From Eledone cirrhosa (lineage: Eukaryota), in the NCBI GenBank assembly GCA_964016885.1, contig OZ024760.1, positions 2,046,001 to 2,110,000 of the forward strand: DNA of 64,000 nt, given 5' to 3'. Each line of letters begins with the position of its first letter. Positions within the stretch are counted from its first letter, which is position 1. Below the pieces are notes generated by a model. The model searched no databases and was not told the origin of the DNA. It saw nothing but the letters and a program-made list of their open reading frames with translations. The translations under genes were made by a program, and so were the position numbers. Below are positions 28,471 through 40,474 of this stretch, piece by piece.

Positions 28471-29265
28471 ATATAAACGGAAAAAATGAAACGAAATTTC
28501 ATTTCCCACTCTTAGTACGGCTGTTACTTAAATATAAGTATGTACACGTACATACATATATGTATACATATATATCATATATGTATACATATATATGTCA
28601 GTGTTGAACAAATGAGCAACGATGGTTGCTAGACACTACGGCTTAATAGGAGATGTTTGTTTACAAACACACCGAGCATTATAATAAATGTTCGGTGAAT
28701 CCATACATACATATATATATGTGTGCATGTATGTATATATATATATACATACTACTGTACGTCTGTATACATATATGTATGTACGTGTACATACTTATAT
28801 ATAAATATATATATATATAAGTCAAGGAAACAAGAAACGAACAAACAAGAGGATGCAATAACATGAAGTGTATTAGTTTGACGCTTGAAGGAAAAAGAAT
28901 GAGTTACATAGTCAACGTATCGGGCATTTGTCCTTTATTAGGAAAAACACAAAAAGAAAGTTACAAAAAAAATTAAATATATATATAGTAATAATTGTTT
29001 CTACTTTGGGCACAAGGCCAGCAATTACCCCAGTACTTTATTTTATCGACCCCGTAAGGATGAAAGGCAAAGTTAACCTTCGCGGGATTTGAACTCAGAT
29101 CATAAAGGGCCGTAACTCAATGCTGCAAAGCATGGCGTCCGACCCTCTACCGATACTGCCAATCCACCGCCCTATATATAGTAATAATAAATGTAAAGAC
29201 TAAAATCCGAAGAGGGCTTGATAAGGGTGAAAGCAGCGATTCCTTGCTTAAACTTTAATCTGTTC

Positions 29266-29298
<33 letters not shown>

Positions 29299-29303
<5 letters not shown>

Positions 29304-29500
29304 AAAAAGTATGACCCCGACGGCAGAGCTCAAGCTGTTTCAATGGCTATTTCTGAGTCCAGAAATAGCCGTCGAAACAGCTTGAGCTCTGCCGTCGGGG
29401 TCATACTTTTTCCTATTACCCACTCTATTACCTACCCTAAGTATTGATGACTCTGGTGCGTTATGGTCCATCTGGTTCCTTACCACAATTCCTTCGTTAT
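29299..29500 (-). mobile_element. (TA)n-embedded fold-back element family H1
   Basis: 55-bp arms 29301-29355 / 29360-29414; unique part shared with 35580-35735, 54855-55048 and 59190-59350. Confidence 0.75.
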
Positions 29501-29511
29501 ATATATATATA

Positions 29512-29936
29512 TATATCATCATCATCGTTTAACGTCCATATTCCACGCTTGGATGGGTTTGGACGGGAGTTTTCCCACTTGAGGCAAGAGTGGTTGTCTT
29601 GCTCGCATAGGACTGTCTGGCGGGTTTTCTACAGCTGGATGCCCTTCCTAACACCAACCACATTTACAGTGTGGGGCTGGGAGGTTTTTACCGTGTTACC
29701 TACACGGCCACATTACAGCGTGGACTGTGTGTTTTTTTGTCGTCACACCTACACGACCTCATTTGTTTCGGGCTGGATGTTGTGGTACCAACATAACTTT
29801 ACATTGAAAGGGGTGGTGTGGATGGGGTGGGGGTAGTGGGACGGGGGTGTATTTTGTTAGAGGTGCCTACTGACTGTAGTAGGTTTCACTTTGTACTTAG
29901 GTAAGGCGGGTCTTCTCTATTACTGTGTAGCGCCAA
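29512..29936 (-). mobile_element. Short 3' end copy of the 36671-38868 RTE family
   Basis: Reverse complement matches ~38095-38868, including the ORF end and stop and a single UTR unit; (CAT)n tail on the + strand. Confidence 0.85.
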
Positions 29937-30527
29937 ATAAATGAAAAATATAGAAATTATTGTGAGCAAGAAGCCAACAGTATTCCATAATATATATAAG
30001 TGACTATAGCATCAAAATATAAAAATAGTTAACGTAAGATGTGGGAAAATAATTCAAACTCAATTCAAAAAGAATCAGGATATAGATTCATCCACAGAAT
30101 TTAGTGAAATCCAGGGAAAAATCAATAGAGCCTTAACTCAGAATAAAATAAAGTATAAAATACTCATCCTTCAATTTGGAAAAACTACAAAAACTATATA
30201 TATATATTCCACCTTTGTACATATTCTTCTATAGAATATGTATTTGGTATATATACAATATACTGTATTTCCTATACGATATATGGCTCTTTCTCTCTCT
30301 CTCTCTATATATATATACATATATCTTTTTCATTTGGTTATATATATATATCCACAGAATGTGTGACGAAAGAACTTTGACAATATATAAACAACCATCT
30401 GGTTGTGGAACCAACCAACCAGCCAGAAATTTATAAATTCCTAAATTTATAAATTTATTATAATAAATTGAAGTGAAAGCAACTGGTGCGTGTGTTTCTT
30501 ATTGGCAACATGACCCTCCCAAAGTAT

Positions 30528-30587
<60 letters not shown>

Positions 30588-31177
30588 TATATATATATGG
30601 CTTCTAATAAAAACATAAGAGGGCTGGAACAAATAACACAATTCTTTGATGATGATGCTGATGGTGGTGGTGGTGGTGATGGTGATGGCGGCAGTCGTTG
30701 ATGATGATGGTGATGATGATGATGATGATGTTGAATATTGTGGTGGTAGCGGTTACGATGACGATGATGATGATGATGGTGGTAGAGGTGGTGATGATAA
30801 GGATGATGATGGTGATGATGGTGGTGGTAGTAGTAGTAGTTGCTGATGATGATGATGATGAGGAGGATTGTGGTGGTAGTGGTTGATGATGATGATGGTG
30901 ATGGTGATGATGATGGGAAACTAAATAAAAGATTAGAAGCAAATAAGAGATTCTGTAGTTGATTTACATGTCATATTGAGTTTAAATATAACTTAATTTA
31001 AAAGTTCTGAGAAAATGTGCGACTTAATTAAATCAAATTAAATTTACAATTTGTAATTAACGAGCTGTAATATTAAAACATTAGCCCATTTTTTAAATTT
31101 AATTATTTTTTTTACTGTTTCACTGTGACTGTTTTATAAAATTTTAGTTTTCTCTACCAGCTATAATTGTCCAGATC

Positions 31178-31862
31178 AGAGGTTCTCAAACTTTTTAGGT
31201 CACCACCCCACCTCACGGCCACGTAATACCCTCAGTCCCCCCCCCCAACCCTATTTCCAGAGAGACCTGCCTACATGTAAATTGCAAATAATATATAAAT
31301 AAATAAAATCATTAATTTATATATAATATATAATTGTTTCTACTTTTGGCACACGGCCAGCAATCACCCCAGTACATTACTGGTACTTAGTTAAGCCCGG
31401 TGGGATTTGAACTCAGAATGCCAAGGGCCGTAACTCTATGCGTCAATGCATGGTGTCCGACCCTCTACCGATACTGCCAATCCACCACCCCTTTATAAAT
31501 ATAATATATATTATGTGTAGATAAATATTATATATTTTTTATTTTACTATCATCATCATCATCATCATCATCATTGTTGTTTAAGGTCTATCTTCCACGC
31601 TAGCATGGGTTAGACGGGAATTGTCCCACTTGAGGCAAGATTGATCGGGTGACCGTGTCTAGCTTGTATAGGACTGTCTGGCAGGTTTTTTTACGGCTGA
31701 ATGCCCTTCCTTACTATATTTATATATAATATGTATCATTTGATATTTAATGTACTATTATATCATCTCTACCAACACCCCCTTAGGCCCCAGTGCCCCC
31801 CTAGACCTTCTCAATGCCCTCCCTCCCCAGGGGGGCAGTAGTGCCCACTATGAGACCCTATG
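31178..31862. mobile_element. Degenerate hAT/Charlie-like MITE with nested SINE and RTE-tail insertions
   Basis: Ends cagaggttctcaaacttt and cactatgagaccctatg; a related end in reverse at ~60440-60487. Confidence 0.5.
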
Positions 31863-32094
31863 GTCCAGACTATAATCACTCTGAGAGTAAGATAGTTACC
31901 ATATATTTTCAACTATAAACCCCCAAAATGTGGCCCCAAAAAATTCATAATTGCCATTTAAACATAATGTGTTGATTAGCTGTCTTGGCTTATAAACAGG
32001 GCTTGAATTTTTGCCCATTTCTCTAACATAAAAGAGTGGGGATGACTTATGTTCAAGTTTATAGGATAAATACTGAAGCCTGACAGACCACTTG

Positions 32095-32470
32095 CTCTTT
32101 CTGCCAGTCTTGATTGAGACCTCTGGTGAAGATAGTTAAATACCAAGCATTTCCTCTTTGTACTGGTCTCATTGGAGACCTTTGGTGTCTTAGTCTCTGC
32201 ATTACCACAGAGGAGGAAGATAGTTAAATACCAAGCATTTCCTCTTTGTACTGGTCTCATTGGAGACCTTTGGTGTCCTTAGTCTCTGCATTACCACAGA
32301 GGAGAGGAAGATAGTTAAATACCGGGGACTGATCGACTGCTTGCTCTTTGTACTGGTCTCTGTTGAGACCTCAGGCATCCTTGGTCCCCACATTACTATA
32401 AAAGAGAGGAAGATAGTCAAATACCCTGGCCTGACCATGCTTCCTCTTTGTACTGGTTTCTTGGTGGGCT
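32095..32470. repeat. ~90-bp diverged tandem repeat (~4 copies)
   Basis: gaagatagttaaatacc...cctctttgtactggtctc recurs. Confidence 0.8.
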
Positions 32471-33886
32471 TTGAATTCAGAAAGTAAAGAGCTAGAACAA
32501 ATACTTTTGTTGTTGATGGTGATGATAGGAGAGGTGGTGATGTTACTGTTGTTGATAGGTGTGTTGTTGTTGTTGTTGGTGGTGGTATTGTTGTTGATAG
32601 GTGTGTTGTTGGTGGTGCTGGTGCTGTCGTTGGTGGTGACGATAGTGGTGTTGTTGTTGATGGTGATGATAGTGGTGTTGTTGTTGGTGGTGATGATAGG
32701 AGAGGTGGTGATGTTACTGTTGTTGGTGGTGGTGATGATAGTGGTGTTGTTGGTGGTGGTGGTGATAGTGGTGTTGTTGGTGGTGGTGATAGTAGTGGTG
32801 TTGTTGGTGGTGGTGATAGTGGTGTTGTTGTTGGTGGTGATAGTGGTGTTGTTGGTGGTGATGATAGTGGTGTTGTTGTTGGTGGTGGTGATGATAGTGG
32901 TGTTGTTGTTGGTGGTGATGATAGCGGTGTTGTTGTTGGTGGTGATGATAGTGGTGTTGTTGGTGGTGGTGGTAGTGCTGGTGGTGTTGTTGATGGAGGT
33001 GGTGATAGTGGTATTGTTGTTATTGTTGGTGTTTGTGGTATTGGTGTTGTTGTTGTTGTTGTTGTTGGCACTGCTGCTGTTGTTGTTGTTGTTGTTGTTG
33101 GTGTTGATGGTATTGGTGTTGTCTTGATTTTCTCAGAGACTATCTCATTAAATATATAACTTGGTTAAAACATTTCATTTTTGTTTATTACCACCACTAC
33201 GACCACCACCACCACCACTACTACCATCATCATCATTATCATCATCACCATCACCACCATTACCACCACACAGCATCAAACTCATCATCATCATCATCAT
33301 CATCACCATCACAATCATCATCATCATCATCATCATCATTACAATTACCATTATCATTATCATCGTTAACATCATCATCATTATTATTATTATTATAATA
33401 TTTTTTTTGCTGAATAATTAAATATTTAGTCTAGTTCATTAGCTGCAAGCTACTTTGTGTCAAATATTTTGAAAGCTATAAAATACCGTGTGTGTAAATT
33501 ATGTTGTTAATTGGAAATTTTGTGGAAGGGGGTAAGGGGGGGGGGGGGCTGGTTGTTGTTTTTTTAAAGTCTTTTGATAATGATTGATAATGATGATGAT
33601 GGTGGTGATTTTGATGATGATGATGATGATGATGATGGTGGTGATTTTGATGATGATAATGGTGGCGGTGACAGCATTCTAAACACTGCACAAAGCTTCT
33701 CATTCCCCATCTTCCCCCTACAAGTTTAATCCCTACTTTAGCAAGATCAAAAAAAGTCTAAAGTCTGTTATAAACCCGGAGGCTCACCTGGCTGGTGCTT
33801 ATTCCAGTCTCCATGCATGAAGAGACCGAGAGTAGATGGTTTCCCCCTGGACAAGACGCTAGTTCATCACAGTATTAAATTCTGAC

Positions 33887-34115
33887 TTAACCCTTTAGCA
33901 TTCACATTACTCTGTATTTACTATTGTATTTTCATGGTAAAGGCTTTATCTCACATAATTATCCCACATAGTATCGAATCTATGAGATTTTGATATTATT
34001 TATTTTGATAACAATACCTTAACATCAGTATGGGAAGCTGGTTACAGCCAGTTTGAACAGAAAGAGGTGAGAGAATTCTGGCCGGATATGGCCAGTTTAA
34101 ATGCTAAAGAGTTAA
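33887..34115. mobile_element. MITE-A
   Basis: TTAA termini, same TIRs, opposite orientation to the 19714 copy. Confidence 0.85.
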
Positions 34116-34160
34116 GCCTGGAAGCTCATCTGACCAGAGCTTATTCTAGTTTCTATGGCA

Positions 34161-34389
34161 TTAACCCTTTAGAATTTACATTACTCTATATATACTATTA
34201 TATTCTTGTGGAAAAGGCTTTACCTCACATAAATATCTCACATATTATCAAATTTACAAGCTTTTGATGTTATTTATTTTGAGAACAACACTTTAATATA
34301 AGAATGAGTGGCCAGTTATGGCCGGTTTGAACAGATAGAGGTGAGAGAATTCTAGCCGGATATGGCCGGTTTAAATGCTAAAGGGTTAA
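34161..34389. mobile_element. MITE-A inserted into a SINE-C remnant
   Basis: ggcaTTAA[MITE]TTAAgcaattgaga; the flanks continue SINE-C sequence (compare 23975-24020). Confidence 0.85.
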
Positions 34390-34962
34390 GCAATTGAGAT
34401 TACAAAACTTCCCACAGCACAGAACATCACCCTATCACAGAGTTAAACCCCAATTACTGATGGTACTTATTTTCAGTTGAGTATACTAGAGCAATGGGAA
34501 ATGAAGTGTTTTACTCAAGAATACAACATAACCCTGTTCAACCTTTTGATACCAAACCATTCTGTGGCTTTTATTAAACAAAACTCCCTATTTTGGTTGT
34601 GTTGTTGTTGTTTGTGGTGGTGATAATAGTGAAAGGGGTGTTCTCAAAATAAATAATATAAAAATCTCATAGGTTCGATATTAAATGAGATAATTATGTG
34701 AGGTAAAGACTTTACCACAAAAACACAATAGTAAATATAGCATAATGACTATTTTATTTTATTTACAAGTGGTAGGTATAAGTGTGTACATGTGCAAAAG
34801 TGAATGTTTTATACACACATAGCCATGTAAACAAACTCCTGTGTTCAGTGGTTTATTGTGGTACATGATAATATAATTACAATAAAACACATAGGTCGAA
34901 TATTTCATTAGAAATATGGTAACAAAAGAGTTAAGCAAAATGAAGCAAACTTGTGTACTTAC

Positions 34963-35090
34963 TTGCCAAAGACAGGATTCAGTTGTTTCGATATATAGTT
35001 GTCTTTTCCATTAATAACAGTTTTGCCAAGTCTTATAACAAGGTAGGGGTCTGCTTTTCCATTAATATCAGATGGGTGCAGATCGTTGGC
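34963..35090 (-). CDS. OTOF: Otoferlin-like ferlin, coding exon C (128 bp, phase 0/2), C2E loop 1
   Basis: cttacag|GCCAAC...GGCAA|gtaagt; translates [42 protein letters not shown] plus 2 nt of a split Lys codon. Confidence 0.95.
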
Positions 35091-35478
35091 CTGTAAGATT
35101 ATTAACATAACATTAACATATTACTATATTTATTAACATATCATTAACATATTATTAACATATCATTGATATACTATTAACCCTATCATGATTGTACTTC
35201 TAGTGAAATGAATACACTCTATTTTAATTAATGCATTAAAAATGTTGATGGATTTACTAAAATTATTATTTCATTAGTAAAATAATTAGTTGATATATGG
35301 TTCTTACAAAAAGAAATTGTTAGAAGATTTTAATTCAAATAGGAATTCATTAAAATGGGTGATTTTGTTTCATAGAACCAGAGCAAGTTTTAGCTGGGTT
35401 GGTATCAGAAGGGTGAAACAGGTTCCCTATAAAATGGAATAGTATCAAAAAGTAAATGTGTGTATGAGTGTATATATA

Positions 35479-35552
35479 CAGGGTGTCCCCTAAAAATGTA
35501 TATAAACTTTGATTAGAATGCTGCTGTATGTAACATTTTTGGGGACACCCTG
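35479..35552. mobile_element. Tiny Tc1/mariner-type MITE
   Basis: TA|cagggtgtcccctaaaaatgt...acatttttggggacaccctg within a (TA)n context. Confidence 0.7.
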
Positions 35553-35943
35553 GAGATATATATATATATATATATATATAACAAAGAGGGTGTGGTAAGA
35601 TACCAGGTGGACCATAACACACTAGAGTACTCAATACTGAGGGTAGTAGAGTGGGTAATAGGAAAAGAAGTCAGGACCCCGATGACTTAACTCCGATCGT
35701 TTCGACAGCTAGATCCGAGCTGACTCTTTTCCTATATATATATATATCATCATCATCATCATTATTTTACTATATTACTAGACGCCATGCTTTCCAGCAT
35801 AGTTACGTTCCTTTACGATCTGAGTTCAAATCCCGCCGAGGTTGACTTTGCCTTTCATCCTTACGGGGTCGATAAAATAAAGTACCAGTAATGCACTGGG
35901 TGATTGCTGGCCTTGTGCCTAAAGTAGAAACAATTATTTTACT

Positions 35944-36105
35944 ATATTTAATATAGAAATGGCTTCTACAGGACTAGAACTGTTTCATTCGAAGGAAATA
36001 GTTCTAGTCCTGTAGAAGCCATTTCTATATTAAATATTTATTCTATATTAAATATTTATGTATTGAGTACCTTACTTACTGTGGTTACTCCCGATTGAAC
36101 CTGGG
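35944..36105. mobile_element. Fold-back element family H3
   Basis: 47-bp arms centred at 35990/35991; second copy with spacer at ~61979-62190 shares downstream tgtattgagtacctta...cccgattgaacc. Confidence 0.75.
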
Positions 36106-36116
36106 ATACACATACG

Positions 36117-36214
<98 letters not shown>

Positions 36215-36610
36215 CAGAAGACCCGACTTCCCACGGGAACAAGCCGACTCTGAAGCATATAGAAATATGCCCCCACCCCCACTCCAAAGTGGACGTGGAG
36301 GTGCCACGGCAAAAAAAGCACCCAGCACTCACTGTAAATGAGGTTGGTGTTAGGAAGGGCATCCAGCTGTAGAAACCAAGCCAAATCAGTTCCTGCATGA
36401 GCAAGACATAGTCAGCTGACTGGACACTGCTCACAACAGGACAACCCGTCTAACCCATGCTAGTGTGGAAGAATGGGCATAAAACAGTGATGATGATGAT
36501 TATATATATATCTGTCCCACCCTTGCAAGCAGGGAAAAGCGGGTGTTAGATGATGATGATGATGATGAGGATAATATATACATATATAATTAAATACTAT
36601 ATATATATGC

Positions 36611-36670
<60 letters not shown>

Positions 36671-36673
<3 letters not shown>

Positions 36674-38868
36674 TATAAGGGAAAAGGAGATGCCCTAGAT
36701 AGGAGTAACTATAGAGGCATTAAATTAATCGACCAGGTCATGAAGGTCACGGAAAAAGTAATGGTGCAACTAATCAGAGAGAGAATTGATCTAGATGAAA
36801 TGCAGTTCGGGTTTGTGTCAGGCAAAAGTACCACAGACGCTCTTTTCATTGTACGACAACTACAGGAGAAGTACCTAGCTAAAAGAAAACCCCTATACTT
36901 AGCTTTCGTCGACTTGGAGAAAGCCTTCGACAGAGTCCCCCGTTCCATTATCTGGTGGTCTCTTAGAAAACTAGGTGTTGACGAATGGCTTGTGAGAGCT
37001 ATACAAGCCATGTATAAAGAAACAGTCAGTAAGGTTAGAATTAACAACGAATATAGTGAAGAGTTTAGCGTAAAAGTTGGTGTCCATCAGGGCTCTGTTC
37101 TTAGCCCCCTACTATTTATTATTGCCCTTCAGGCTATAACAGAGGAGTTCAAGACCGGCTGCCCATCGGAACTCCTATACGCAGATGATCTAACGCTCAT
37201 AGCTGAATCAATGACCGAACTAGAGAAGAAATTCCAAACATGGAAGCACGGCCTAGAATCAAAAGGCCTTAAAATTAACCTGGCTAAGACAAAAGTTCTA
37301 GTTTGTAGGAAAGAAAATATGGCGGCAGTCCCATCTGGGAAATGGCCATGCTCAGTGTGTAGGAAAGGCGTAGGTAGAAACTCCATTTTATGTCCCAAAT
37401 GCAAAGTATGGGTGCATAAAAGATGTAGTGGGATCACAGGTAAGCTAACTAAGAACATAGATTTTACATGTGGCCGGTGCTCTGGTGCAATAAGTAGCAG
37501 CAAGTGCCCACAAAATACTAGCTCCTTCAACTGCGCAGAGGGTTCTATAGAAATAGTGGACAGCTTCCGTTACCTGGGTGACAAAATCAGCAGTGGGGGA
37601 GGGTGCTCTGAAAGTACAGTAGCTAGAGTCAGAACTGGATGGAAAAAGTTCAGAGAGCTTATACCACTATTAGCCGCTAGAGGGTTCTCCCTAAAAATGA
37701 AAGGCAGGTTATACGATGCCTGCATACGAACAGCAATGCTGCATGGCAGTGAGACCTGGGCATTGTGTGCAGAGGATATACGCAGACTAGAGAGGAACGA
37801 AGCTTGCATGCTCCGCTGGATGTGCAATAGTAATATACGTGAACGGCAAAGCATAAACGAACTAAGGAAAAAATTAGAAATAAGAGGGATCAGATGTTGT
37901 TTACTCGAGAGAAGGCTATGTTGGTACGGTCACGTAATGCGCATGAAAGACGACAGCTGTATAACAAAGTGCAGGGCAATAAAGATAGACGGTAGCCACG
38001 GAGTAGGCAGACCCAGAAAAACATGGGACGAGCTGATAAATTCCGACCTCACACGCTTACACCTCTCCAAGACAATGTCACTGGACCGAGACCTTTGGCG
38101 GTACTCAGTAATAGAGAAGACCCGCCTTACCTAAATACAAAGTAAAAACCTACTACAGTCAGTAGGCATCTCTATCAAAACACCCCCCCGTCCCACCACC
38201 TCCACCCCAACCACACCGCCCCTTTCAATGTACAGTTATGTTGGTCCCACAACATCCAGGCCGAAACAAATGAGATCGTGTAGGTGTCATGACAAAAAAA
38301 CACACAGTCCACGCTGTAAATGTGGCCGTGTAGGCAACACGGTAAAAACCTCCCAGCCCCACACTGTAAATGTGGTTGGTGTTAGGAAGGGCATCCAGCT
38401 GTAGAAAACCCGCCAGACAGTCCACGCTGTAATGTGGCCGTGTAGGCAACACGGTAAAAACCTCCCAGCCCCACACTGTAAATGTGGTTGGTGTTAGGAA
38501 GGGCATCCAACTGTAGAAAACCCGCCAGACAGTCCACGCTGTAATGTGGCCGTGTAGGCAACACGGTAAAAACCTCCCAGCCCCACACTGTAAATGTGGT
38601 TGGTGCTAGGAAGGGCATCCAGCTGTAGAAAACCCGCCAGACAGTCCACGCTGTAATGTGGCCGTGTAGGCAACACGGTAAAAACCTCCCAGACCCACAC
38701 TGTAAATGTGGTTGGTGTTAGGAAGGGCATCCAACTGTAGAAAACCTGCCAGACAGTCCTATGCGAGCAAGACAATCACTCTTGCCTCAAGTGGGACTAC
38801 CCCCGTCCAAACCCATGCAAGCGTGGAACACGGACGTTAAACGTTGATGATGATGATGATGATGATGA
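36671..38868 (+). mobile_element. 5'-truncated RTE-clade LINE with 3' UTR and (TGA)n tail
   Basis: Frame open from CYKGKGDALDRSNYRGIKL (36671) to the stop at 38134; 3' UTR with four ~112-bp tandem units; (TGA)n tail ~38846-38868. Confidence 0.93.
36740..38134 (+). CDS. RTE ORF2 fragment: non-LTR reverse transcriptase with inserted PHD-like zinc finger
   Basis: Motifs QFGF, AFVDLEKAFD, GVHQGSVLSPLLF, LYADD, FRYLG, LHGSETW, WYGHV, GRPRKTW; no stops or frameshifts over 464 aa; endonuclease absent (truncated). Confidence 0.9.
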   Translation: MKVTEKVMVQLIRERIDLDEMQFGFVSGKSTTDALFIVRQLQEKYLAKRKPLYLAFVDLEKAFDRVPRSIIWWSLRKLGVDEWLVRAIQAMYKETVSKVRINNEYSEEFSVKVGVHQGSVLSPLLFIIALQAITEEFKTGCPSELLYADDLTLIAESMTELEKKFQTWKHGLESKGLKINLAKTKVLVCRKENMAAVPSGKWPCSVCRKGVGRNSILCPKCKVWVHKRCSGITGKLTKNIDFTCGRCSGAISSSKCPQNTSSFNCAEGSIEIVDSFRYLGDKISSGGGCSESTVARVRTGWKKFRELIPLLAARGFSLKMKGRLYDACIRTAMLHGSETWALCAEDIRRLERNEACMLRWMCNSNIRERQSINELRKKLEIRGIRCCLLERRLCWYGHVMRMKDDSCITKCRAIKIDGSHGVGRPRKTWDELINSDLTRLHLSKTMSLDRDLWRYSVIEKTRLT

Positions 38869-38941
38869 CACACAGCCAGGGAGAGAGAGAGAGAGAGATA
38901 GAGAGAGAGAGAGAATAAAGAGAGAGAAAGAGAGAGAGAGA

Positions 38942-39010
<69 letters not shown>

Positions 39011-39027
39011 TGAGAGTGAGTGAGAGT

Positions 39028-39058
<31 letters not shown>

Positions 39059-39752
39059 TTAAAAGGCTGATTAATAATGTATATAAGGAGCCAATAGTCA
39101 TTTTTACCCAATTATTTTGGCAATAACAACCACTGCTGATAAGATATAGAGTAATAATTTAGTGGGGTGGGGGAGGAGCAGGGCGAGGGGAGGTTAGTGT
39201 GTGGGGAGGGGATGGGGTGGAGAGGAGGGGCAAGAGGAAAAAACTAAAAACAAATTTCGAAATAAGGGGGCCAGTGACCAATCCTTTTAGCTTCTCCATC
39301 TACTCCATCCCTATTTCACTTTTCTGTCACCACTACCACCACCATCACAAGCTCCACCAACATCACTACTACCACTGGCAACACCTACACCACCACCACA
39401 CCGTCACCAGCTACATCACCAATAGCCCCACCACCACCACCACCAAGTATACACTTGCTATAACATATAATTACATATTTCCCACAACAAACACTGAGAG
39501 AGAGAGAGACCACCACCACCACCACCACTACCAACACTAACCCCCCCCCCCAAACACCATTACTCTCCCCACTACTCCCCCATCCCCATCATCACCCCCA
39601 CCACACCACCACACCACCACCGCCACCCACCACCACCAACACAACCACACCATTACCACCACCACCACCAGAGACACTACACTCCCTGACTTGAATGAAA
39701 AGAGAGAAAGAAGAGGAAGAAGGAAAGCATGGAGGGGGGGGGGGAATTGTAA

Positions 39753-39793
<41 letters not shown>

Positions 39794-40474
39794 TACAATG
39801 CAGTCCCTATAATAAAGAGAGAAGAGAGAACAGACTAAAAAAAAGCAAAACACAAAAAGATAACAACAAAATTCTCCCCCCCCCCCCCGCAAAGTGTGTC
39901 CCCCCCCCCCAAAAAAAAAGAAAGAAAGAAAAAATAAGTTATTTCTATTGTTTAATAAAAGTCAGTGTCTAGGTGGGGGCAGGGGCAGGGGATGGGAATA
40001 GGGTGGTGGTGTGTGTTGGTGGGGGATGAGTTGTTGTTAAGTCAAGACTAAATGAAAGAATGAATACCAGTGTTATCAGGGTGGGATAAGGGTAGGTTGG
40101 TTGGTAAGGTAAGGTAAGGTGAGTGGAAGGGTAATGAGGGTGGTAAAGAATGGAATGACACTTGTTGTTTAGTAGACCCCACACCCCTTCTCCCTCATTG
40201 GGTTGTCCCCCCCTACCCAACCCTCTAAATCAGCCCTGATGGAGCAACCTACCTATGATTAAAAATACAACAAAAATTAAAAACAAAAAAAAACACATTC
40301 CTCTATGATTATACTGTCTTTGTCCCCCCCCCCCACCATTGGGACACTGCCAACTCCCAACAGCCCTGGAAGGAGTGCATCCCACCTGAGGAAGGAGCAG
40401 ATGATGATGATGATGACTTGTGATGATGATGTCCTTAAGTTACAGAAGTTTTCCCCCTATCTAAAATATGTCTA

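Noticed and set aside
28905-28948. Minimal hammerhead remnant on the minus strand (CTAATAA...GATAC)
   Set aside because: Three core mismatches and no stem I; at most a decayed relic
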